Translations under genes and position numbers: made by a program | IMG/VR virus record: IMGVR_UViG_3300008120_000087 | Strand: one strand, 5' to 3' | Length of the DNA: 64,000 nt | Source: an uncultured virus (IMG/VR IMGVR_UViG_3300008120_000087) | Taxonomy: Duplodnaviria; Heunggongvirae; Uroviricota; Caudoviricetes | Shown: piece after piece, positions 47,826 through 57,436 of the stretch | Numbering within the stretch: position 1 is the first letter of the stretch | Layout: each line of letters starts with the position of its first letter | The notes under the pieces: generated by a model | The model's database searches: none | What the model was told of the DNA's origin: nothing | What the model saw: only the letters and a program-made list of their open reading frames with translations

Positions 47826-49391
47826 ATGGAACTACGCTCCCTCATTTGGAAAGTATTAAAAGAACAAGTTGACCAAAATGTTCTCAATCTCAAAAACAAA
47901 TATGTAGGTGAGGGAAAGCCCATTTCAGAAGATGACTTCAATAAAATAGTTGAAGTTACGGGTAACAAATTTTATTTATTGAGTTGGCTCACAAAGAAGG
48001 TGGGAACTGGTATTATCAAAGCCGAGGATGTATACAAGTATAAAGAATACTTCGACCTATACGAGAAAAATAAGAAAAAGTTTGAATACAAGGACATTCA
48101 CCTGTATAGGACCGCCGAAGATGTTAAGAAATTTTTGCAAGAGATTGTTAAACTTAGAGAAGGAAATATTGTCTATGATGAAATACAGGGTAAAGATAAC
48201 TTTGTTTCACAAAATGATATCGAGAAGTTGGAATCCTCAGGTGGAATAAAATACTTGGGGATATATGACAATGGCGACTACAAGTATCAGGTATTCGAAG
48301 TTTTTGGTGTAAACAAAGATGTTTGGAAGTTATATAGAGACATTCTAGGAAGATGCAAAGGAAGAGACAAAGGTGCTAAAATTGATATATGTACCATAGG
48401 TCAATATAGTTACTTCAAAAATTATCTGACTGACCCAAAGGGTTCAAGTTATTTTTTACTTTTTAATTTGGATGATAGGAGGTCTCCTTATCAATTACAT
48501 CATGAGTCAGGTCAGTTTATGGACAAAAATGACTATGAAACGCATAAGATAAAACAAATAGATTTTTTCAAATTTGTTGGTGATAGGGTTCCAAAATATA
48601 GTATCGAAGCTGAAAATTTTCCAAGCCAATTTGAAATCCCCGTTAAAGATAAAGGTTTCGAAGACGACAATGGTAGAAAGCAGGGTGTGTGGAAATACTT
48701 TTACGGTGGAGGACAACTTGCGGGAATTAAGACTTATAAAAATGGTGAAGAAGAAGGGCCTTTTGTTCAATACTATTCCGACGGAAAAATTGAGAAAAAG
48801 GGAACCACTTTAAGTGGAGGTTTAGTAGGTGAATATGAAGAGAATTTCAAAAACGGAAAAATTTACAGAAAAGGCACATATAATAATAACGGAAAACGAA
48901 TAGGTATATGGATGATGGGTGATTGGGACGGAGTTTATAAGAATATGAATTATTCAGATATGACTCAAACGGGCTATACTGGTACAGGTAAAATTAGATA
49001 TGTTTCCAACATGAGAGACGAACGGGATTCTTACCCATATGGTAAAACTATTTTTTTCGGAAGAACAGGAAAAGTTGAAGCCATGGGTAAAATCGGAGCT
49101 ACTAAGTCTTACTTAGGTAAATGGACTTATTATTTTCCAAATGGAGCTATTCGCTCCCAAGGTAGTTTTCGAGGGGGTTACCGAAGTGGTCTTTGGACTG
49201 ACGTGGTCAAATCGAAAGATGGAAACATGTATATTTTCGAGGCTGATTTCTCATTAGGGACGCCATCAGACAAAGTAAACGTTTATGATATCAATGGTGA
49301 GTTTTTGAAAAAAGTAAGTCCAAAAAAAATTAATCCACCTTATTGGGAAAATACTTATTTAAGTACAGAAAAATTTAAAGCAATAACATGA
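47826..49391 (+). CDS. WCT-like domain protein with C-terminal MORN-variant repeats
   Basis: DICT...YQLHHESGQFMD; GxWxYY..G repeats. Confidence 0.7.
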   Translation: MELRSLIWKVLKEQVDQNVLNLKNKYVGEGKPISEDDFNKIVEVTGNKFYLLSWLTKKVGTGIIKAEDVYKYKEYFDLYEKNKKKFEYKDIHLYRTAEDVKKFLQEIVKLREGNIVYDEIQGKDNFVSQNDIEKLESSGGIKYLGIYDNGDYKYQVFEVFGVNKDVWKLYRDILGRCKGRDKGAKIDICTIGQYSYFKNYLTDPKGSSYFLLFNLDDRRSPYQLHHESGQFMDKNDYETHKIKQIDFFKFVGDRVPKYSIEAENFPSQFEIPVKDKGFEDDNGRKQGVWKYFYGGGQLAGIKTYKNGEEEGPFVQYYSDGKIEKKGTTLSGGLVGEYEENFKNGKIYRKGTYNNNGKRIGIWMMGDWDGVYKNMNYSDMTQTGYTGTGKIRYVSNMRDERDSYPYGKTIFFGRTGKVEAMGKIGATKSYLGKWTYYFPNGAIRSQGSFRGGYRSGLWTDVVKSKDGNMYIFEADFSLGTPSDKVNVYDINGEFLKKVSPKKINPPYWENTYLSTEKFKAIT

Positions 49392-49708
49392 AAAAAATCA
49401 CATTAATTCTGCTCGGTGTATTTGCCACACTTACACTAGCAGCTCAACCGCCTATGAGACCACAAGGCCAAAGACCTCTTCCTAATCAATTTAGAGACTT
49501 TATAGACCATCGACAAAGATGGGAAATGGAAAGACCTCAGATTGAAAAGAAAGACGGTAAAGTCATTATAACAATGTCTGAAGAACAATTCAAAAGAATG
49601 CAACAAATGAGAGCGGCTCAAAGAATTAGAATGGCTCAACATAAACCACAACCTGTGTGTTCCAAATGTCAAAGACATCATGGTAAACCACACAGAAGAA
49701 AAGTTTAA
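49388..49708 (+). CDS. Secreted hypothetical protein
   Basis: Signal peptide MKKITLILLGVFATLTLAAQ. Confidence 0.6.
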   Translation: MKKITLILLGVFATLTLAAQPPMRPQGQRPLPNQFRDFIDHRQRWEMERPQIEKKDGKVIITMSEEQFKRMQQMRAAQRIRMAQHKPQPVCSKCQRHHGKPHRRKV

Positions 49709-49714
49709 TAAATC

Positions 49715-49786
49715 ATGAAACAAATCTGTAATTTCATCACGAAAATAACTTTTGGTAAAGTATGTTTCGGATGGTGTAAAAAGTAA
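49715..49786 (+). CDS. Cys-rich cationic micropeptide (23 aa)
   Basis: MKQICNFITKITFGKVCFGWCKK* directly before a terminator. Confidence 0.45.
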   Translation: MKQICNFITKITFGKVCFGWCKK

Positions 49787-49789
49787 AAG

Positions 49790-49815
49790 AGCCCCTCATT
49801 AGAGGGGTTTTTTTT
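49790..49815 (+). terminator. Intrinsic terminator (CCCCTC/GAGGGG family)
   Basis: GCCCCTC-atta-GAGGGGT followed by a T tract. Confidence 0.8.
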
Positions 49816-49854
49816 GTCACAAAATTTTCCTATATTTGTGAAAATATAAATAAT

Positions 49855-50070
49855 ATGAAAATAGATTTTGACTCACCGAAAACAACTTCCAAAACTGTTT
49901 GGTTTAATGGAGAAACTGATGATGAAAGAAAATTCACAATCGTTGCCACTTGGGATGAGTGGGATGATTGGACTGCGGACTCATCTGAAATTATGTGGGA
50001 CGATGAAGCTGGTAATGAAGATGAGTGTCAAGAAATAATCCATGAGTTCCTTTCACAAATGAATTCATAA
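49855..50070 (+). CDS. Small acidic protein
   Basis: Follows TATATTTG at 49831. Confidence 0.6.
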   Translation: MKIDFDSPKTTSKTVWFNGETDDERKFTIVATWDEWDDWTADSSEIMWDDEAGNEDECQEIIHEFLSQMNS

Positions 50071-50130
50071 TATCGGAATACTTTACTTGTTCAGGGTTTC
50101 AGGTTATAATCCCATAATAAATTAATCATT

Positions 50131-50469
50131 ATGAGTATTATCGCAATTATCGGGTGGGTTCTTTCAGTTGTCACCTCTCTTTTTTTAGGTAAAGGAGCAA
50201 TTGAAAAAATCGTTGGAACCCAAGAAATGGTTGGAAATTTTGCTTACATGAAACTCGAAAAGTATAGAGTTATTACAGGCGTAGGTGAACTTATTGGAGC
50301 AATCCTCCTTTCAGTTCCAATGACATCTGTTATCGGTGCTTTTATTATTTGTTGTTTCATGAGTGCGGCTGTTGTTTTACACTTATCTTTGATGGGTGGA
50401 AACAAAACAGAAATGCCAGCTCTTGTTGGCTTAGCTGCAGTTATAAGTTATCTCCTTAGACTTTTCTAA
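50131..50469 (+). CDS. DoxX-family membrane protein
   Basis: Four TMs; G..ELIGA.LL..P and M.AAV..H. Confidence 0.8.
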   Translation: MSIIAIIGWVLSVVTSLFLGKGAIEKIVGTQEMVGNFAYMKLEKYRVITGVGELIGAILLSVPMTSVIGAFIICCFMSAAVVLHLSLMGGNKTEMPALVGLAAVISYLLRLF

Positions 50470-50486
50470 AACGAAACGTAAAATTC

Positions 50487-50514
50487 AAACCCCTCCTTAG
50501 TGAGGGGTTTTTTT
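50487..50514 (+). terminator. Intrinsic terminator (CCCCTC/GAGGGG family)
   Basis: AAACCCCTC-cttagt-GAGGGGTTT followed by a T tract. Confidence 0.8.
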
Positions 50515-50536
50515 GTTAATAAAGGTATTTATTTTT

Positions 50537-51208
50537 ATGAAGTATATCATAACCAAATCACAGTTGGCGAAGTTACAAGAACAAAAGGCTTGGTATAAAC
50601 CGAGCACTTGGTTTGATGATGAAGAAGAGAAACCAAAGGTTACCGATTGTAGTCCTGAAATAATTGAAGCTGAAGATTGGAAAGAACTTTATTCTGAATT
50701 GGTTGAAAAGGGAATGATAAAACAGGGAGAAAAACTTCTGATAGTTTGGGGACCTGAACAAAGAATGTATTACACACAAGACGGTAAAACCGCAATCAAA
50801 ACTGTTATTGTATCAACTGGTGCGAATGGTTTTAACAATCGTCCTGATAATAAGGAAACACCAACAGGTTTGTTACAAGTAAAAGGAAAAGTTGAGGCAA
50901 AACCATATGAGGTGATTGTGGCTAAAACTCCAACAGGTAAAATTTTGGGTCCTGACAAAGACTCGATGAGAGTGGATGAGAAGGGACAAAGACACGTGGC
51001 TGAGGTTCTCACAGGTATTTTGGAACTCGATGGGTTAGAGCCATGTAACAAAAACGCATTTTCAAGGAACATATATTTCCACGGAACAAACAAAGAGAAA
51101 AACTTAGGAACTCCTCGTTCCAACGGTTGTATTAGAGTTTCAAACAATGCAATTCAATGGATGTTGAACTCAATTCCTTCAGGCACCAAGGTATACATAA
51201 AACCGTAA
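50537..51208 (+). CDS. L,D-transpeptidase (YkuD) domain protein
   Basis: VSTG, TPTG, IYFHGT..LGTPRSNGCIR. Confidence 0.85.
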   Translation: MKYIITKSQLAKLQEQKAWYKPSTWFDDEEEKPKVTDCSPEIIEAEDWKELYSELVEKGMIKQGEKLLIVWGPEQRMYYTQDGKTAIKTVIVSTGANGFNNRPDNKETPTGLLQVKGKVEAKPYEVIVAKTPTGKILGPDKDSMRVDEKGQRHVAEVLTGILELDGLEPCNKNAFSRNIYFHGTNKEKNLGTPRSNGCIRVSNNAIQWMLNSIPSGTKVYIKP

Positions 51209-51245
51209 TTTTCCTTTATAAATTTTATTTTTTATTATTCTTCTC

Positions 51246-51578
51246 ATGAGTAACAAAATCATTGAGCAAGAAAACAAAATGATTGCCGAGATTCTCGACA
51301 ATTTCGATTTCCGTAAATGTGAAATCGCTATGAAGACTCTTCGATGGACTTGGGCTTTTGATTCAAATACACCCACAATCGAAATGTTGAAATCATCTGC
51401 TGTCGGTAGGCTGAGAGATGCTATGGAATTGGCAAAAAAAGGGAAATGTTCGAAAGCAACTTACTTTTCTTCGAGTGGTGGACTCAAGGGAAATGCTTGG
51501 GTAAATAGGTATGGACATATCGAGGCAGTTAGATTAGAATTCGTATTAACAGATTGGGATTCAGATGGAGATGTTTAA
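51246..51578 (+). CDS. Hypothetical protein
   Basis: 110 aa ORF. Confidence 0.6.
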   Translation: MSNKIIEQENKMIAEILDNFDFRKCEIAMKTLRWTWAFDSNTPTIEMLKSSAVGRLRDAMELAKKGKCSKATYFSSSGGLKGNAWVNRYGHIEAVRLEFVLTDWDSDGDV

Positions 51579-51885
51579 AAAAGGTGATAAATTCATTCAC
51601 TTCACAAAATATGGTGGAATCAACAAAGGAGAGGTTCAAGGACTTCATTCCACAACGGTATGGGACTTCGATAATTTATGTAGATATGAATCAATTTCCA
51701 TCTTTACAACCGAAGGTGTAAGATTAAATTTAGATGGAACGGATGGTCGAATTTACAAAATTGATTCTGAAATGGTCAAAGACCAAGCAAGACAGTTTGA
51801 AAAAATGATGAAAAAAGCTTCAGATAAAAAGAATAGACCATCCAAAGAAACAATTCACCACTTAGATGAAGACAAAAAAACCTAG
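51565..51885 (+). CDS. Hypothetical protein
   Basis: 106 aa ORF. Confidence 0.55.
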   Translation: MEMFKKGDKFIHFTKYGGINKGEVQGLHSTTVWDFDNLCRYESISIFTTEGVRLNLDGTDGRIYKIDSEMVKDQARQFEKMMKKASDKKNRPSKETIHHLDEDKKT

Positions 51886-53113
51886 TGCGATAGTTTACGG
51901 TTGGGTTTCCACAGGGAAATTCATTTTAGAATCTGATATTTACTTCGAGGAAAGACTTTATGATGAAGTCACCATTTATGCATTACCCTATACCAATGAT
52001 GTGGCGGGGGATTATACGAAATATCAACCTGATGTTATCCTGTCCTTTATAGATGAAATCGAAGTTCCTCATTATTTCTTAAAACAAAAACATGTTCATT
52101 ACGAATTCTTACCTCAGGATAACGTTTTAGCAAACATAGTTGTTTGTCAAACGGTATTCAAAAATACTGACTATCAAAGACCGAGATTCTCAATTTTTAC
52201 ACCAACATATAAAACAGGAGAGAGAATAAGGAGAACTTATGAAAGTTTGAAGAATCAAACATTCACAAATTGGGAATGGGTTGTTGTTGATGATTCGCCA
52301 GATGACGAGACTTGGAACTTGTTGAAGGAATTTTCGAACATTGATTACAGAGTAAAGATACACAAAATATATCCCACTTCAGGGGGTAATGTAGGGTTAG
52401 CTAAAAACAGGGCGGCTATGTTGTGTGATGGAGATTGGCTTTGTGAATTGGACCACGATGATGCACTCATAAGTGATTGTTTGGAGGTTTGTAATGACGC
52501 AATCGAAAAATACCCTGATGCTGGTTTCTTGTATACTGATGTATGTGAGTTATACGATGATGGTGAAATGAAGTCTTATGACCATGATTGGTCAGGTAAT
52601 TGGTATGCTAGACCTGATAACTTTTTTGACTTCGGTTATGCAGGACACTCGTGGGTTTATGCTGATGGACAAAAGTATCTGGCACATTGGTATCCAGATA
52701 TCAATCCATTGACAATCCGTTTCAACATCTCAATGCCCGACCACATAAGAATGTGGGAAAGAAAGCTCTATCATGAACTCGGTGGTCACAACAAACTAAC
52801 CCCGGTAGCCGATGACTTTGAAATGATTGTCAGAACATTCTTACATACAAGGTTTATTCACGTGAAAAGAATGTTATACTTACAATACAACAATCGTAAT
52901 AGCACTGTTGATAACAATGCTTATGATATAAACAGAAGGGCGAGATTAATCAGAGACCACTACGACAAAAGGATTCATGATAGAATCAAAGAGCTTGGTT
53001 TCGATGATTGGTATTGGAATGAAGAGAGAGGACACTCCCACAAATTTCAAAACCACGTTCCAATAAAAAAATACTTCGACGAAGAAGGAGTAATGAACTA
53101 CACTTATGAATAA
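51866..53113 (+). CDS. Glycosyltransferase family 2
   Basis: SIFTPTY, EWVVVDDS, ELDHDD, DDFEM. Confidence 0.88.
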   Translation: MKTKKPSAIVYGWVSTGKFILESDIYFEERLYDEVTIYALPYTNDVAGDYTKYQPDVILSFIDEIEVPHYFLKQKHVHYEFLPQDNVLANIVVCQTVFKNTDYQRPRFSIFTPTYKTGERIRRTYESLKNQTFTNWEWVVVDDSPDDETWNLLKEFSNIDYRVKIHKIYPTSGGNVGLAKNRAAMLCDGDWLCELDHDDALISDCLEVCNDAIEKYPDAGFLYTDVCELYDDGEMKSYDHDWSGNWYARPDNFFDFGYAGHSWVYADGQKYLAHWYPDINPLTIRFNISMPDHIRMWERKLYHELGGHNKLTPVADDFEMIVRTFLHTRFIHVKRMLYLQYNNRNSTVDNNAYDINRRARLIRDHYDKRIHDRIKELGFDDWYWNEERGHSHKFQNHVPIKKYFDEEGVMNYTYE

Positions 53114-54260
53114 GAAAGCAAAAATTGTATTGAACTCGATGGTTGGAAATGAATCCAAAACCATCATGAGAATGTTAGAATCAGTGGCACCTTATATTGA
53201 TTACTATGTAATCCAATGTAATGGAAACGATGACACAGAGTCCAAAATTAATGTTTTTTTTCAAACCAAAAACATTCCAGGTTTCACTTATAAAATCGAT
53301 TGGAATTTTCCTGGTTGGAATAGAGACCATACCCTACAAAAATGTCTTTCATCAGAACATGGTTGTGACTGGGTTTTGAGGATGGATGCGGATGAGACCC
53401 TTCATGTTGATTCAGATTTCGATTGGTCAATTTTAGAAAACACACAAATACAAAGTTACAATATTGCAGCACAAGCCGGCGATACAAATTATTTCAGAAC
53501 TTGGTTTTGGAATGCTAAATTACCTTGGTTTTTTGCACACGACAAAAGACACGAAACAATTCATCTTCCTGAAATTGGTGAAGATTTTCAAAGAATTAAC
53601 ATGCCCTATGGGCTCAGACACATCGTTTCACAAGATGGTGATACTTGGGCGGCACCAAGAAAGTTTTTAAGAGATGCACTCGAACTGGAAATTGATAAAG
53701 TTGTAGGAAACAAGGTTCATGAAGATTACTATCACCTTTGGTATATTGCTAAGAGTTATGCTGATTGTTATGGGAACTCGAGCGAATTACCTTTCGGAAG
53801 AAAACACTCAGAAGAATATGCTAGAAGGTCTTTGTGGTATTATGAAAGATTCATGGAATTGACACATGTTTGGGGTGTTGAGAAAAAACCAAAATATGAA
53901 GATGAGATGGCTTACTTTGGTTTGATTGTTATGGGATGGTCTTATGATTTCTTGGGTGAACATGCGAAAGCCGAGGAGGTTTTCAAGTTAGCGAGCGAGT
54001 TTAGTAAAGATAGAAATGAAAACTTACTTTATCTTGCATTCCATTATGATTCATTAGGTAAAACTCAAGAAGCAATTCAGGTAATCGACAAGATGATGGA
54101 ACCTGAAAGAAAAAACCCTTTCCCTGTCAAATCCTTTTTAATTGAAAGTAGGGCTTATACCAACACAGGGAATTTTCTTGTTGAATACAAAGAGAGATTG
54201 ACAAGAAAAACTGAGGAACATGTTATTGATTCTGAAAGTTTCAATTTTGATTTCAAATGA
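53106..54260 (+). CDS. GT2-like glycosyltransferase with TPR-like C-terminus
   Basis: NES..RMLESV, RMDADE, RHE; helical repeats. Confidence 0.8.
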   Translation: MNKKAKIVLNSMVGNESKTIMRMLESVAPYIDYYVIQCNGNDDTESKINVFFQTKNIPGFTYKIDWNFPGWNRDHTLQKCLSSEHGCDWVLRMDADETLHVDSDFDWSILENTQIQSYNIAAQAGDTNYFRTWFWNAKLPWFFAHDKRHETIHLPEIGEDFQRINMPYGLRHIVSQDGDTWAAPRKFLRDALELEIDKVVGNKVHEDYYHLWYIAKSYADCYGNSSELPFGRKHSEEYARRSLWYYERFMELTHVWGVEKKPKYEDEMAYFGLIVMGWSYDFLGEHAKAEEVFKLASEFSKDRNENLLYLAFHYDSLGKTQEAIQVIDKMMEPERKNPFPVKSFLIESRAYTNTGNFLVEYKERLTRKTEEHVIDSESFNFDFK

Positions 54261-55363
54261 TTTTATTGAATTTTCCAAAATATGATTATTTGATAGTAGG
54301 GGCGGGACCATTCGGTTCCGTTTGTGCTTACGAACTAACTAAGAAAGGAAAAAAATGTTTGGTAATTGATAAAAGACCTGTAATAGGTGGAAACTGTTAT
54401 ACTGAAAACGTGGACGGTATTCACGTTCACAAATATGGTGCACATATTTTCCATACCAACGACAAACATATTTGGGATTACGTGAATCAATTTGCCGAGT
54501 TTAGACAATACACACATAATGTAATTGCGAACTACAAGGGCGAAATGTTTACATTACCATTCAACATGTGGACATTCAATCAACTTTGGAAAGTCAACGA
54601 ACCTGAAAGAGCGAAACAAATTATTGAGGAGATTAAATATAAGGGAAAGATAACCAATCTCGAAGAACAGGCAATGTCAATGGTGGGTGATGAAATTTAT
54701 CAGAAACTCATCAAGGGATATACTGAAAAACAATGGAACAAAAACTGTCAGGAACTACCCCCGTCAATTATCAAAAGATTACCTTTAAGGTTTACTTGGG
54801 ATAGTAATTACTTCAATGACAAATATACAGGGATGCCAATTGGAGGTTATACTCAAATATTTGAAAAGATGTTACAGAAATGTGATGTTGAATTAGGGGT
54901 AGACTACTTCGAATCGAAGTTATATCATGATTCGCTAGCTCAAAAGGTAATCTACACAGGTCCCATAGATAGATTTTTTGACTACCTTTATGGAAATTTA
55001 GAATATAGAAGTTTGGAATGGGAAACAAAACGTTTGGAAAAAGATAATTTTCAAGGGGTTCCCGTGGTTAACTATACTGACCGAGAAACACCATACACAA
55101 GAATATTAGAACATAAGTGGTTTGACCCACAAAATCAAAAAGGAACAATTATTAGTTATGAATTCCCTGCAGATTATAATGGTGAGAATGAACCTTACTA
55201 TCCAATAAGAGACGATAGAAATACCCTAATTTACGAAAAGTATAAAGAATTGACGAATGATTTACCAAATTATTATTTTGGTGGTAGATTAGCAACATAC
55301 GTTTATTACGACATGCACCAAATAATTGCACAAGCGTTAAATTTGGTTAAGCAACTTGACTAA
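54257..55363 (+). CDS. glf: UDP-galactopyranose mutase
   Basis: VGAG, HKYGAHIFHT, YTEKQW, EPYYP, GRLATYVYYDMH. Confidence 0.93.
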   Translation: MILLNFPKYDYLIVGAGPFGSVCAYELTKKGKKCLVIDKRPVIGGNCYTENVDGIHVHKYGAHIFHTNDKHIWDYVNQFAEFRQYTHNVIANYKGEMFTLPFNMWTFNQLWKVNEPERAKQIIEEIKYKGKITNLEEQAMSMVGDEIYQKLIKGYTEKQWNKNCQELPPSIIKRLPLRFTWDSNYFNDKYTGMPIGGYTQIFEKMLQKCDVELGVDYFESKLYHDSLAQKVIYTGPIDRFFDYLYGNLEYRSLEWETKRLEKDNFQGVPVVNYTDRETPYTRILEHKWFDPQNQKGTIISYEFPADYNGENEPYYPIRDDRNTLIYEKYKELTNDLPNYYFGGRLATYVYYDMHQIIAQALNLVKQLD

Positions 55364-55404
55364 GATGTCTTTATACACTATACTTCTGAACTAAATACAA
55401 ATTT

Positions 55405-55833
55405 ATGAATATTAAACAAGCATTGAAATACAAGAACAAACTTGTAAAAAAAATCGGAGACGCGTTTCAAAAAGTGTATACATACAATACTGTTACCGAT
55501 GGTCAGAACAGACCGTATGATGTTAACGATGCGCTTATGGAATATTTCAAATTGTCTTCAGAGTTGGTAAGTCTAAAAGAAAAAATACACCTTGCCAACC
55601 AACCAATATATGGTAAGATTTTTTTGATGTCCGAACTCAAGTCTCAGGCTCAAAAACTAGCCGCTCTAAGTTGTGAAGAGGGTAAAAGTAAAAACCGATA
55701 CAGCGATGAGACTGAATATAAGACAAGTGTCATCAATATTATCTCAAGGGATAATATGATAAAAAATATCGAGGACCAAATCGAAATGTTACAGGATGAG
55801 TTAGATGCTCACAACGCAACAACTCAGATATAA
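55405..55833 (+). CDS. Coiled-coil hairpin protein, DIP1984-like
   Basis: MNIKQALK..LVSLKEKIHLAN..IEMLQDELDAHNATTQI pattern. Confidence 0.6.
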   Translation: MNIKQALKYKNKLVKKIGDAFQKVYTYNTVTDGQNRPYDVNDALMEYFKLSSELVSLKEKIHLANQPIYGKIFLMSELKSQAQKLAALSCEEGKSKNRYSDETEYKTSVINIISRDNMIKNIEDQIEMLQDELDAHNATTQI

Positions 55834-55838
55834 GTTAT

Positions 55839-56031
55839 AAGGTCGGGTGGGATTGTGATAAAATCAGAGAGATAGTTGGCTTCATGTCAACCAGCAACAA
55901 TTATAGTATGTGATATCCGATGAAGATTTTGTTTAATCAAGATTCAAATCTCAAGTATTCAAAAACAGACCAACCCTCATCCAATCAAAATTCATATAAC
56001 TTTTTGATTTTTGAACTTTCTCCCTGACCTT
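55839..56031 (+). ncRNA. Candidate structured RNA with periodic TCAA repeats
   Basis: Ends pair (AAGGTCGGGTGGGA / TTTCTCCCTGACCTT); internal hairpin GTTGGC-ttcat-GTCAAC. Confidence 0.55.
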
Positions 56032-56055
56032 TCCCTTTCATGGATATTTATTTAC

Positions 56056-56457
56056 ATGAAAGTTTGTCTCAAAAACATATCAAAATCAAATTTATCGGAT
56101 TCAATTGATGTAATTAAGGATTTTTGTCAGTTATTACAAGATGAATTGAAATTAAAAAAAGACGTTCATATTCATTTTGAAAATGAGAGAAATGAAAATA
56201 TGACAACAGGTGTTAGAATGCCCGAAAGTGAGATTTTTGTTCTTTGTAAAGGTAGACTTTTAATTGATATTTTAAGGACGTTAGCCCATGAATGGGTTCA
56301 CGAATATCAACATCAGTCAATGGGTGTTCCTGAGGATGAACCTATACAAGATATTGGAGGTCCTGAAGAAAATATGGCGAGTGTTCTATCATCCGTCTTT
56401 TTGAAAAAGTTTCAAAAACAATTTCCTCAACATATAAAAAAAATATTCGGAGAGTGA
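56056..56457 (+). CDS. Putative zincin (HExxH) protein
   Basis: RTLAHEWVHEYQH...E; TATTTAT at 56045. Confidence 0.65.
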   Translation: MKVCLKNISKSNLSDSIDVIKDFCQLLQDELKLKKDVHIHFENERNENMTTGVRMPESEIFVLCKGRLLIDILRTLAHEWVHEYQHQSMGVPEDEPIQDIGGPEENMASVLSSVFLKKFQKQFPQHIKKIFGE

Positions 56458-57071
56458 TTTTACGTGAACAAATATTAAGAATTAAAAGACTCATAAATGA
56501 GTTATCACCTGATTCTTCAGGTGTTCAGGAATTTCTTGATGACGTGAAAAAACATCCTGAGCTCCTCAAACATTTGAAATTTAACAAATTCAAAGACTTA
56601 GAAGATTACGTCTATGATGCTGGCATTTCAGATTTTGATGACCTAAGAAATGAGGTCAACTATTTTATGGAGAGAAGGAAAAGATACTTGAAGTCAGAAA
56701 TGGACGAAATAGAAAGAGTAGTTCAAGATTTGAATAGAGACGAAAATATCGATATATCTGTCGAAGATGTTTATCGTGCATTAGACAACGCCATCGAAGT
56801 TAAAATACCCGACGAGGTTTGGAACAATCTTGAAAATACGGAATGTAATCAAATCAAAAAAGGTGAGATGAAAAAAGTAATGGCTCTTGCAAAAAAGTAT
56901 AACAAACAAGACCCACGAGAGTTGAAAAAAGCCCTTCAAAGTGGTGACTACAAAAGACCACTAATACTCAAATTTGGTGACAGATTCCATTTAGTTGCTG
57001 GTAACACAAGACTTTGCACTGCAGCTGCGATGGGAATCAAACCACAAGTTCTCATAGGAGAGATATTTTAA
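56454..57071 (+). CDS. Protein with C-terminal ParB/Srx-like domain
   Basis: PLIL..HLVAGNTRL; leader MILREQILRIKRLI. Confidence 0.6.
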   Translation: MILREQILRIKRLINELSPDSSGVQEFLDDVKKHPELLKHLKFNKFKDLEDYVYDAGISDFDDLRNEVNYFMERRKRYLKSEMDEIERVVQDLNRDENIDISVEDVYRALDNAIEVKIPDEVWNNLENTECNQIKKGEMKKVMALAKKYNKQDPRELKKALQSGDYKRPLILKFGDRFHLVAGNTRLCTAAAMGIKPQVLIGEIF

Positions 57072-57082
57072 TAGACAATATA

Positions 57083-57113
57083 TTTGAAGATACAAAATAT
57101 TTTACTATTTTTG
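57083..57113 (+). promoter_or_regulatory. SigmaA-type promoter of the umu operon
   Basis: TTTG-N19-TATTTTTG. Confidence 0.55.
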
Positions 57114-57117
57114 TATC

Positions 57118-57435
57118 GTGAATACAACTGCGAAAGAGTTAAATATTAAGTCAAGAACAACAGGATTTGCATCTCCCGCCGAATCTTATGTAGACAAACG
57201 TTTAGACCTCAATGATTTAATCATTCAGAACACGTATACGACCTTTTATTTCCGTTATATGGGTCCAAACACACTTGGAGTCAAGACAGGAAATATCCTC
57301 GTCATAGACCGTTCTATTGACCCTACAGAAGGTGAGTTAGTTGTCCTCACAGAGAAAGACCATTTTAAAATTAGAAAATACGAAGGACAAGAGAATGTTT
57401 GGGGGAGAGTCTCTTGGATTTTAAACAAGTTATAA
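57118..57435 (+). CDS. umuD: UmuD-like protein, S24 catalytic residues apparently lost
   Basis: GFASPAESYVDKRLDLNDLII, G.ILVIDRS, VWGRV. Confidence 0.8.
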   Translation: MNTTAKELNIKSRTTGFASPAESYVDKRLDLNDLIIQNTYTTFYFRYMGPNTLGVKTGNILVIDRSIDPTEGELVVLTEKDHFKIRKYEGQENVWGRVSWILNKL

Positions 57436-57436
57436 G

